Source: Methanomassiliicoccales archaeon
GTDB lineage: Archaea; Thermoplasmatota; Thermoplasmata; RBG-16-68-12; SOIM01
Assembly (NCBI GenBank): GCA_030593885.1
Contig: JAUVGH010000005.1
Coordinates: 4,387-68,386, forward strand
Length of the DNA stretch: 64,000 nucleotides
Direction: 5' to 3'
In this document: piece by piece, positions 1 through 8,375 of the stretch
Layout of the letters: every line of letters begins with the position of its first letter
Position numbering within the stretch: the first letter of the stretch is position 1
Made by a program: the position numbers and the translations under genes
The notes under the pieces: model-generated
Seen by the model: only the letters and a program-made list of their open reading frames with translations
What the model was told of the DNA's origin: nothing
Databases searched by the model: none

Positions 1-115
1 CACGCAGTTGATCGCCAATCCTGCGCTCACACAGGAGGCATACTTTCTTCTCTTCCATTTGCCACACCTACTCAGTGTTTCCTACAATGTTCTGTCCCGC
101 TCACTTGGAAGCCCC

Positions 116-625
116 TCAGAAGAGCAACACCGTCGCAACCTCTCTCGTCTTCTCCAGACCTTGGTCCCTGTATATCGCCCCGAACATGGCCTCAAAGGCT
201 GCTGACATAATCTTCACATTGTTCTGGATCTCACTCTTGTCCGTGTTCTGGTAGGTCTTACCGAGACGCATCAGCTCAATTAAGCCGATCTCTTTCGCAA
301 CCTTCGCAAAATTGCGATTCTCGTCTATCCCCTGTCTCTTGGTGTCAAGGACCGCTCTATGAACATCCGGATGTTGCTCGAAGATGTGTTCAGCTATTAT
401 GATTCCCAGCACACGATCACCGAGAAAAGCGAGCCTTTGATTGTTTGGTATGCTGACACTGCTGTGAGTCAGAGCCTCTTCGTATATGCCAATATTGTCT
501 GACTTAATTGACATGTTGATCTCCAGGATTCCTCTGATTTGATTTGTCCAGTCCTCGTCTAGCATCGTTAACATTGGAGGCCTCCAAGACTCAAGTTGGG
601 TCCTTTTCCGTCCTGTTTCTTGCAT
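116..625 (-). CDS. Ribonuclease III-domain protein (catalytic domain only, no obvious dsRNA-binding domain)
   Basis: The translation carries the RNase III signature QRLAFLGDRVLG and the second conserved block AAFEAMFGAIY. The protein ends soon after the catalytic domain. The start is uncertain because there are several in-frame Met. Confidence 0.7.
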   Translation of the reverse strand: MQETGRKRTQLESWRPPMLTMLDEDWTNQIRGILEINMSIKSDNIGIYEEALTHSSVSIPNNQRLAFLGDRVLGIIIAEHIFEQHPDVHRAVLDTKRQGIDENRNFAKVAKEIGLIELMRLGKTYQNTDKSEIQNNVKIMSAAFEAMFGAIYRDQGLEKTREVATVLLF

Positions 626-732
626 GGAGCAGTAGCATATGCATTTTTGCCTAGAGGGCTTGCGATCGGCTCGGACATGTTCGGCGCAAGAAGAAGCCTA
701 GAAAATCCTCGCAAACAACCTCCCAGTGATAC

Positions 733-1875
733 TCAACGCAACCGTCTCTTGTGCCTGAACACGAGAATGGACGCGATCCCCATGGTCACTACAATTATGA
801 CAAAGAGAGTGGCAACATAGATCTCACCTTCACCTATCGTCTCTACGTAACCCAGGTTGCCGACTACCACTTCCGCCCATAAGAAACCCCATAACGCTCC
901 TAAGACCAAGAAAGAGGGAAGGCCTATGTCGAGTCTATTCAGCCAGTGATCCTTTCTGTCCACTATTCTGACAAACCTTCGCAAGAAGAACCAAAAGAAG
1001 CCAGTACACAGGACCAAGAAGATGTTGAACCATACTGTTCCATACATGTCCTTCCTGGCGGTCTCATTTCCCTCCCACCCACCATGGGGCAGGGAGACGA
1101 AGGTCGTGAGGACGTCAAAGGATATCAGCATCCAAAGAACTACCAGAATGTCTCCATACCAACTTCCCCGGAAAGTATGCCATTCTTCCTTGATTTCCTC
1201 CCAGAGAGCCGATAGTCCAAGGTCCTTCCATGTAGAGTTCAATGAGATATAGATAGCAATCAAGAACACCAAGAGTCCCGTGGTGAGCATAAGGAAACCA
1301 AACACGTCATCGTGAAGGTCCTCGGCAGCGCTCAATTCCTCGCCATAGACAAGTATTGAAGAGTGTCCAGTGAAGTTCACTTCCGAGCCAGGTAGTTGGT
1401 CAACGACTCTCAGGACATATTCGCCAGGGCGATAGAACCTAATATGCCTGTCGAAGACCATCGATTTGTTTCCAAAATCATTGTCAGCTCCGTACTTGAC
1501 CAGCACCCTGTCAGAGACATGTCCATTGGAGGTGTTCAGGAAGTAGAAGGAGAAGTGCCGCTCGACGTACTCGTCATTTCCAAAGAGAGTGATCCGATAG
1601 CTCAGGATCCACCTTACATCTTTACCTGCCACAATGTCCCTGCCGATCCTGTGCAGCCAGTTGTAGTCAATATCCACCTCGCCCTCCCTCAAGTTGTCAA
1701 TGTTATAGGTCAGAAGATCGGGTGGCCCTTTCCAAAACTTCTCTCCTTGAACACTGCTCAAGCCACCGAGGACCAAGATGCCACGCCCTGCAAGGTAGAT
1801 GGTAAGGAGAATCACCAGGAAGAGAATCGCTCTGTGTTTCCCGATCCTTTCTCTGTTTTCTTGGGAGCCCTCCAT
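733..1875 (-). CDS. Multi-pass membrane protein of unknown function
   Basis: Long ORF of 380 aa. It has an N-terminal hydrophobic helix (AILFLVILLTIYLAG), a soluble middle part, and several C-terminal hydrophobic helices (LLVFLIAIYISL, ILVVLWMLISF, WFNIFLVLCTGFFWFFL, LVLGALWGFLWAEVVV, LFVIIVVTMGIASILVF). I recognised no family. Confidence 0.5.
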   Translation of the reverse strand: MEGSQENRERIGKHRAILFLVILLTIYLAGRGILVLGGLSSVQGEKFWKGPPDLLTYNIDNLREGEVDIDYNWLHRIGRDIVAGKDVRWILSYRITLFGNDEYVERHFSFYFLNTSNGHVSDRVLVKYGADNDFGNKSMVFDRHIRFYRPGEYVLRVVDQLPGSEVNFTGHSSILVYGEELSAAEDLHDDVFGFLMLTTGLLVFLIAIYISLNSTWKDLGLSALWEEIKEEWHTFRGSWYGDILVVLWMLISFDVLTTFVSLPHGGWEGNETARKDMYGTVWFNIFLVLCTGFFWFFLRRFVRIVDRKDHWLNRLDIGLPSFLVLGALWGFLWAEVVVGNLGYVETIGEGEIYVATLFVIIVVTMGIASILVFRHKRRLR

Positions 1876-2024
1876 TCTATCTGACAGTCTCTTCCCGAGT
1901 ATAGATGTCTATCGCGAGACGTTATCACGAAATCTATTTATTCAGCGCGTCTCATTCAGACAAAGTTACAATCAGTAGCCATGTGTCCCAGCAGCTACAC
2001 AATCCCACTTTGGGGGGAGTGAAG

Positions 2025-2990
2025 ATGTCCAGCAGAACGGGGAGGGTACTCGTCACCGGTGGAGCCGGATTCATTGGTTCAAGCCTAACAGAGGAACTGG
2101 TCAAGAGAGGAAACAAAGTAATTGCCATTGACATCGGCAAGGACCCAGCAAATCTATCACGTGTTCTTGGAAAGGTGAACTACATCAATGGTGATGTGAG
2201 GGACAGACAACTGATGAAGATGGTGATGAGTGAGCATGAGTTCGACGGTGTTGTGCATCTAGCCGCTGTCTCGCGAGTCATTTGGGGAGAACAAGACCCC
2301 GACAGATGTGTTGATGTGAATGTCAAAGGAACTGCCACGGTCCTAGAGGTAGCCAGTGAGATGAAATGCCCTCCATGGATCGTATTTGGGAGTAGCAGAG
2401 AAGTCTACGGGGAGCCCTCTATACTACCCGTCAGAGAGGACCATCCGAAGAACGCAATGAACGTATATGGCAGGGCGAAGGTCGAGGGTGAACAATTGGT
2501 ACGGAAGTACGTGAGGAATTGCCAATCCAATGGCATGAATCTGCGTTTCTCAAATACATATGGGAATGAACGTGACATATTGGATCGGGTCATACCCAAT
2601 TTCATCCTCTCTGCACTGAGAGGACAGCCCTTGAATATCCATGGAGGGGGCCAGGTGTTTGACTTCACACACATAGATGACGTAGTGGGTGGCATTTTGA
2701 ATGCCACGGACTACTTGAGGCAGAAACGTGAGAGGGCTGAGTGCATATCGGAGGACGTCCATTTATCCACGGGAAAAGGAACAAGCCTGGAGGAATTGGT
2801 GCGGATAATATCAGACTCTTTAGGGAACATGCCCGAAGTGGTATACTCTGGGGGGCGCAAGTACGATGTGGAAAATTTTGTCGGCGATCCTACGAAAGCG
2901 AGAGAAGTAATCGGATTCTCGGCCAAGCTATTGCCCCATCATGGCGTTCCTCGCACAATCAAGAGGTTCAAGGAGGCCTTCGGGCTATGA
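2025..2990 (+). CDS. NAD-dependent nucleotide-sugar epimerase/dehydratase (SDR family)
   Basis: Rossmann motif VLVTGGAGFIGSS follows directly after the Met at 2025, which is preceded by GGGGGGAGTGAAG (SD-like). YGRAK matches the SDR YxxxK catalytic motif. The ORF-track start at 1905 is probably too far upstream. Confidence 0.85.
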   Translation: MSSRTGRVLVTGGAGFIGSSLTEELVKRGNKVIAIDIGKDPANLSRVLGKVNYINGDVRDRQLMKMVMSEHEFDGVVHLAAVSRVIWGEQDPDRCVDVNVKGTATVLEVASEMKCPPWIVFGSSREVYGEPSILPVREDHPKNAMNVYGRAKVEGEQLVRKYVRNCQSNGMNLRFSNTYGNERDILDRVIPNFILSALRGQPLNIHGGGQVFDFTHIDDVVGGILNATDYLRQKRERAECISEDVHLSTGKGTSLEELVRIISDSLGNMPEVVYSGGRKYDVENFVGDPTKAREVIGFSAKLLPHHGVPRTIKRFKEAFGL

Positions 2991-4549
2991 AGAGCGTTGG
3001 CGTCATCGGCCTGGGCTCTGTGGGTTGGTCTGTAATCCATGGTTTGAGTCGGCATTACAGATGCTATGGCTACGATATCGTGGGTGACCATAGGTGGAAT
3101 GATATTCTCAGGACGAATATTGTCTTTGTCTGTGTCTCAACACCACTCGGCGCTGATGGCCGATTGGATTGTGGCAACATCGACACCGCCCTGAAGAGGC
3201 TGGCTGAAGAAGAGTATGAAGGCATTGTGGCGATAAAGAGTACTATCTCAATCGGTTACATGGAGAAAGCCACTGACGAGTTCCCAAATCTGCGTTTGGT
3301 ATACATGCCGGAGTTCTTGCGCGAAAGGAACTCGTATACTTGGTTCCTGAAACCAGATAGGATTGTGATAAGCGGCGAGGACGGTGATATGGAAGAAGCC
3401 CTGTCCTACTTTTCGTGGACAAAGGACGCCGAGATTCTGAAAATGAACCATCGAAGTGCGGAAATAGGCAAACTGGCCCACAATGCATACATTGGGACGA
3501 AGGTCAGCTTCACGAATGAGATTGAAAGGATCTGCTCAGAGAATTCTGGAGACCCCCATGACGTCATGAGCGTAATATGGGCGGACAGGAGAGTGAAAAC
3601 CAAAGACCACCTCACTCCTGGTCTGGGACCCTATGGCGGGAAATGCGTGCCCAAGGACACACATGATTTGATGGAATCGGTAAATCATGCCGTTTTGTTA
3701 CGCGCTGTGGAGGAAGTCAAGAAATCAGCACATATTCTTGAGAGAGGAGAAGAAATGCCGAATGCTGTGGTGATTGTCCCGACAAAGAACCGCCCTCAAA
3801 ATCTGGATAAGGCGCTGGGATCCGTAAGGGAACAGACAGTGAAACCCAGAGAAATCATCGTTGTGAGTGATTGCGATACGGACAACTGGGTAAGGACTGA
3901 GGATATTGTGAAGAAGTATGCTGGGGACCTCGACATAAAACTCATAAGAAACAGCAGGGCAACAAATGTCTCAGGCGCGATAAACACGGGTATCGACTCC
4001 TTGGCGAGTGCTGGCCGAAATCAAGACAATGAATATCTTGCCATTCTTGACGATGATGACTGGTGGGACAGACGATATCTCGAGAACGTGCTGAAGTTTG
4101 CCAGTGAAACAGAATCGCAATGGATTATCTCAGGATTGATAAGGCATGACGAGAACCACCCAGAAGGATTCCCGCAGGACATACCGGAGAACATCTGCAT
4201 AGACCACTTCCTCGTGGGAAATCCCAATATTCAAGGTTCGAATCTTTTTGTCAGGGTTGACCGATTGAAGGAAATCGGAGGATTCGATGAGGACCTGCCA
4301 AGCACGACCGACAGAGATGTGTGCATAAGACTCCTAGATACTGGGAACATTTCATATGCTGTGCTCAGGAATCACATGGTTCACCACATTGCTTTTCCAA
4401 GAAGTGATAGACTCTCCAACCCTGGTTCTGAGGCCAAAGAAAGGGGACTTTCGGAATTCTATCGTAAGTACAAACCGAGAATGACGTCCGAGCAGAGGCA
4501 AGCATTCAAATCTAGGGCATGGGACTTGTTCACAACAAAGGTTGAGTGA
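2987..4549 (+). CDS. Fusion of a UDP-glucose/GDP-mannose dehydrogenase-family domain and a family-2 glycosyltransferase
   Basis: The start MKSVGVIGLGSVGW (GxGxxG) overlaps the upstream stop as ATGA. PEFLRERN and GGKCVPKDT match nucleotide-sugar dehydrogenase motifs, including the catalytic Cys. The C-terminal half has the GT2 pattern VVIVPTKNRP...IIVVSDCD...AILDDDDWW. Confidence 0.75.
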   Translation: MKSVGVIGLGSVGWSVIHGLSRHYRCYGYDIVGDHRWNDILRTNIVFVCVSTPLGADGRLDCGNIDTALKRLAEEEYEGIVAIKSTISIGYMEKATDEFPNLRLVYMPEFLRERNSYTWFLKPDRIVISGEDGDMEEALSYFSWTKDAEILKMNHRSAEIGKLAHNAYIGTKVSFTNEIERICSENSGDPHDVMSVIWADRRVKTKDHLTPGLGPYGGKCVPKDTHDLMESVNHAVLLRAVEEVKKSAHILERGEEMPNAVVIVPTKNRPQNLDKALGSVREQTVKPREIIVVSDCDTDNWVRTEDIVKKYAGDLDIKLIRNSRATNVSGAINTGIDSLASAGRNQDNEYLAILDDDDWWDRRYLENVLKFASETESQWIISGLIRHDENHPEGFPQDIPENICIDHFLVGNPNIQGSNLFVRVDRLKEIGGFDEDLPSTTDRDVCIRLLDTGNISYAVLRNHMVHHIAFPRSDRLSNPGSEAKERGLSEFYRKYKPRMTSEQRQAFKSRAWDLFTTKVE

Positions 4550-4553
4550 CACA

Positions 4554-5543
4554 ATGGACACAACATTCTGTCCGCATCTGTGGAGGGCCTTTGCAATACG
4601 ACCCAATGGCGATGTCTTTAACTGTTGTCTGAGCAAGCCTGCTCAGATCGGCAACATCTATAGAGATGATTTGAGAACGCTTTCGAAGTCACAGACCGTC
4701 GTTGATGCCCGCAAACGTTCTTTGGCAGGTACGTTGGAATGTTACAATGTCTGTAACTTCGTGAAAAAGGACATCCCTCCAGAGAAAATCCCCACACATC
4801 TAGATGTCAAGTACAATGATCTGAAACGTCTTGATCTAATGTTTGGAGAGGCGTGTAACATCGCATGCATCATGTGCAAACAGGCCGCCAAGGTTGACAA
4901 AAGCCAGGATGTTCTGGATACTTCAGTTCTTATTGAACACATCGATATTGGGCCTTTACAAGATATTGCATTACAGGGAGGTGAGCCGTTGTTCATTCCC
5001 GAGTGTATTCAATACATGGATTACCTTGAGGACATGGATAAAGGCTACACCATATTGACAAACGGTCTGCTAATCGATGAAGCGATGACGGAAAGGCTAG
5101 TTCATCGTGCCAATCGAGTCATCGTATCCATCAATGCAGCCACCAAAGCCACTCACGACTATGTCAATGCGGGTTCAAGATTCGAGCGTGTCTTAGGCAA
5201 CCTCAGGCGATTGCAGAGTGAAAGAGAAAGGGCTGGCACCAATCTGACAATAATCGGACGAATGACAATCACCACGGCCTCTCTTCATGAGATCCCCCTG
5301 TTTATTAGGAAGTTTCCGGAGTTCGGAATTGATTACATCAACTTTGGCTACGACAAGGCAACTGTTCCGCAGTATCTTGGTAAAGACCCTGGTCTTTTCG
5401 GCGACTTAAGAAAACAGACAATTCAGGCACTCAAAGAGTCAAACCTTGAGCTGATTGACACATTGAGACTGATATATCTAGGGCTGGTCCCCTCTGAAAT
5501 GTTTGATTCGGAATTCTTCGGAGCATTCCATGAAGATATCTAA
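4554..5543 (+). CDS. Radical SAM enzyme with an N-terminal Cys-rich auxiliary motif
   Basis: CxxxCxxC motif in GEACNIACIMCKQ. A GGEPL block follows. The N-terminal Cys pattern is FCPHLW...GDVFNCC...LECYNVCNF. The start is either ATG 4554 or TTG 4542. Confidence 0.8.
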   Translation: MDTTFCPHLWRAFAIRPNGDVFNCCLSKPAQIGNIYRDDLRTLSKSQTVVDARKRSLAGTLECYNVCNFVKKDIPPEKIPTHLDVKYNDLKRLDLMFGEACNIACIMCKQAAKVDKSQDVLDTSVLIEHIDIGPLQDIALQGGEPLFIPECIQYMDYLEDMDKGYTILTNGLLIDEAMTERLVHRANRVIVSINAATKATHDYVNAGSRFERVLGNLRRLQSERERAGTNLTIIGRMTITTASLHEIPLFIRKFPEFGIDYINFGYDKATVPQYLGKDPGLFGDLRKQTIQALKESNLELIDTLRLIYLGLVPSEMFDSEFFGAFHEDI

Positions 5544-5545
5544 CA

Positions 5546-6565
5546 ATGACAATTGACATAACAATGGATGTGCAGGAAATGGAAATCACGTACTGCCCCG
5601 ATCTATGGGAAATGTTTACGCTGGATAATAGAGGCGACATATTCCATTGTTGCCATATTAAGCCCGCTTTCGTCGGGAATATATACGAGAGGGCACTGAA
5701 TGGCTTGATCAACACACCAACGTCTTTGAGATATAGGAACCAGTCACTGATTGGCGGACTGGAATGTTATGAGGAATGCAACTGGGTTGACAAAGACATC
5801 CCTAGAAATGCATGGCACAGAAACACTGAGATAGACTACTCATCATTGAAAAGACTTCATCTCCATTTCGGTGAACTGTGCAACATATCGTGCATTATGT
5901 GCAAACAGAGGAAACGCAATCCGCCGGATAGGGTGACGTTGGACTGTAAGAGAATCATCGAGAATATCGATATCAGTCCATTTGAGGATGTAATCCTATC
6001 AGGCGGAGAACCCTTGGCAATCACATCATGTAGGGACTACATGGATTACCTCAGTTCTGTTGGCAAGAAGTATGTACTACTCACAAATGGACTTCTCATC
6101 GATGATGCATTGGCCGAACACCTCAGCCGTCATGCCAAGAGAGTAATCATTTCCATCAACGCGGCCACAGCTCAAACCCACTCCAAAGTAAACGTCGGAT
6201 CGAATTTCGATCTCGTGCTAGATAATATAGAATCCCTGAGAGAATACAGATCGAAGTGTCATTCTGGAGTTGAGATAATTGGACGAATGACCATAACAGT
6301 ACCTGCCCTCGCTGAGGTTCCACTTCTGATTCGGAATCACAGGGATTTGGGATTCGACAGCATCAATTTTGGATATGATAAGACCACTGTTCCGGATTAT
6401 CTTCGAGCCAATCCTGATTTCCGTTCCAAACTCATGAAAGAGGTGGACAGTGCATTGAGAGATTCATGCATTGGAGCGATTGAATCAAAGCGCCTGGAAC
6501 AGCTGGGCCTTGTGGGTGAGACAGAACTGCATGATATCAAGAAATCGAAGGAGAGGTCTCCATGA
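5546..6565 (+). CDS. Radical SAM enzyme, tandem paralog of the upstream gene
   Basis: GELCNISCIMCKQ (CxxxCxxC) and SGGEPL are present. It has the same N-terminal Cys pattern (YCPDLW...GDIFHCC...LECYEECNW) and is collinear with 4554..5543 along its whole length. Confidence 0.8.
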   Translation: MTIDITMDVQEMEITYCPDLWEMFTLDNRGDIFHCCHIKPAFVGNIYERALNGLINTPTSLRYRNQSLIGGLECYEECNWVDKDIPRNAWHRNTEIDYSSLKRLHLHFGELCNISCIMCKQRKRNPPDRVTLDCKRIIENIDISPFEDVILSGGEPLAITSCRDYMDYLSSVGKKYVLLTNGLLIDDALAEHLSRHAKRVIISINAATAQTHSKVNVGSNFDLVLDNIESLREYRSKCHSGVEIIGRMTITVPALAEVPLLIRNHRDLGFDSINFGYDKTTVPDYLRANPDFRSKLMKEVDSALRDSCIGAIESKRLEQLGLVGETELHDIKKSKERSP

Positions 6566-7482
6566 GTAGTAAGAAGCCGCTTGTCCTAATGACGCAGAAA
6601 TGCTTCATGCTTGAAGACCAGGCAGAGAGATTGAACAGTCTTGGCAGGGTGTCCTCAATTTCAATGAAACGCACAAATCCTGAGATTCTCTTCAAACAGC
6701 TCAATGACGCGCAGGTAATAATCGCTAAGAAGAAGTTCCTGGACTACGACAGACTGTATGAGCTAAGTGACCTCATAATCATCATACCATTTGGCAGGCT
6801 TGACTTTTGGGACAGGATTAATCATGAGGGATTGAAGCGCAATAATGTAGTCGTGAAACACATTCCACGTCAGAATCAGGAATCAGTATCCGAGTGGGTC
6901 GTCTTCATGATGCTTGCTCTATCAAGAAACTTACATGAGCTGGTTCGGACGAAAGAATCGGACAACAACATAACCCTGAAGCTGGGTTGTTCTCTCCATG
7001 GAAAGAGGGTGGCAATCTTGGGAAAAGGCAGGATAGGGTCGCACCTTGGACCAGTATGTGAGTCTTTTGGTATGGATGTCGCATATTATATTCGCGGCGA
7101 GGGTCTGCTAGATGTAAACGAAAAAGCTGACTTCGTGGTCAATTGCCTAGGTTTCAGACCTGATCGACCAGAAGCCCTAACCTCAGAGTTTTTCAGGGGA
7201 TTGAAAAAAGGCTGCTACTTCATCAATGTAGCATCACCATCGACCTATAGTCAAACAGCTCTGCTTCAAGCTTTGGAGGATAATATTCTGGCTGGTGCAG
7301 CAGACGATGTTGCCGGAGCGCATATAGGAAATGCTAATGACCCGATGTACCGAAAAATGCTGTCTCATCCGAAGATGCTAGTTACGCCTCATATCGCGTG
7401 GAGAACGGACCGTGAGGCTAGGGTTTCCTTTGATATGATGATAGACGCAGTTGAGGAATACTTGAATGAAAAAGGCAGGTAA
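6562..7482 (+). CDS. D-isomer-specific 2-hydroxyacid dehydrogenase-family protein
   Basis: NAD-binding motif GKRVAILGKGRIGSHLG and C-terminal TPHIAWRT are typical of the family. ATGA overlap with the upstream gene. Confidence 0.75.
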   Translation: MSSKKPLVLMTQKCFMLEDQAERLNSLGRVSSISMKRTNPEILFKQLNDAQVIIAKKKFLDYDRLYELSDLIIIIPFGRLDFWDRINHEGLKRNNVVVKHIPRQNQESVSEWVVFMMLALSRNLHELVRTKESDNNITLKLGCSLHGKRVAILGKGRIGSHLGPVCESFGMDVAYYIRGEGLLDVNEKADFVVNCLGFRPDRPEALTSEFFRGLKKGCYFINVASPSTYSQTALLQALEDNILAGAADDVAGAHIGNANDPMYRKMLSHPKMLVTPHIAWRTDREARVSFDMMIDAVEEYLNEKGR

Positions 7483-7487
7483 TGTAA

Positions 7488-8375
7488 TTGGATTTATCTG
7501 TGGTGATAAGATGCGGTGACGATGACCGCGTTTTCAGATGCATTGACTCCATCGATGAGGAAGTTGACGTAGTGGTATCAATCAGTGAGAATAAGTCTCT
7601 TCAAAGGAGGCTGGAGCACAGGGGAGTTCGGTTTTGTCTCTCTCCAAGAGGGAACCTATCGATAACGTCCAACATTGGTTTCGAGATAGCAAAGCACGAC
7701 AAGGTCTTGATCACGGACTCCGACACATGGTTCGAGAGCAATTGCATTAGGAGAATCTACGATGCTCTGAGGGACTTCAAGATCGCTAGAGCTCGGTTGA
7801 TGTTCAAACACAGCCCAAGGGTTCCACTGTCGAGGCTAGTATCGGAAGCAAGAGATTTCGTCAACTCCCTTCCTGTCGTCTATACGCCGGGGATTGGTGT
7901 TCGTGCGGATCTGGTCCCTGATATAGGCGGTTTTCTGTTCAATGATCCGGTTCCTTACGCCGTCGATGCCGATCTGAATTACAGAATCCAGAGAGCAGGC
8001 GTTCCTGTCAAATTCGTCAAGGATGCTATCGTCTCCCATGACGTTGTGGACGTTTGGCAGGACCTCAGAGCTGCTGCACGAATAGGGATGGGGTGCATGG
8101 CGAGTGCGAGATGGCTCTCCAATCACCGTGCCTCTGGGGACTCGGTTAGTTCGATTGTGAGAGAACTCAAAGGCGTCAAGCCTGGCAATCTGACAGATGT
8201 AGCGAAGTCAAAGGGCATTCGTGTATTACTGTACCAATTGATGTGGGACATGCACTTCTACGCTGGTAGAAACTTCCAATGGCTGTTTCACAGGCCCAAG
8301 CAGGGGGTTAGAGAGCCTGCGGATAGCGAATACAGTAGGCTTGAAGCCAGTAGAGGTAGGGGCAAACATGAATGA
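7488..8375 (+). CDS. GT-A fold glycosyltransferase-like protein
   Basis: N-terminal LSVVIRCGDD and an ITDSDTW (DxD-like) motif fit a GT2-like arrangement. It uses a non-ATG start at 7488. The family call is weak. Confidence 0.55.
   Translation: MDLSVVIRCGDDDRVFRCIDSIDEEVDVVVSISENKSLQRRLEHRGVRFCLSPRGNLSITSNIGFEIAKHDKVLITDSDTWFESNCIRRIYDALRDFKIARARLMFKHSPRVPLSRLVSEARDFVNSLPVVYTPGIGVRADLVPDIGGFLFNDPVPYAVDADLNYRIQRAGVPVKFVKDAIVSHDVVDVWQDLRAAARIGMGCMASARWLSNHRASGDSVSSIVRELKGVKPGNLTDVAKSKGIRVLLYQLMWDMHFYAGRNFQWLFHRPKQGVREPADSEYSRLEASRGRGKHE

Noticed and set aside
8-205. 65-aa plus-strand ORF at the window start.
   Set aside because: It overlaps the 3' end of the well-supported RNase III-domain gene on the opposite strand and has no recognisable features.
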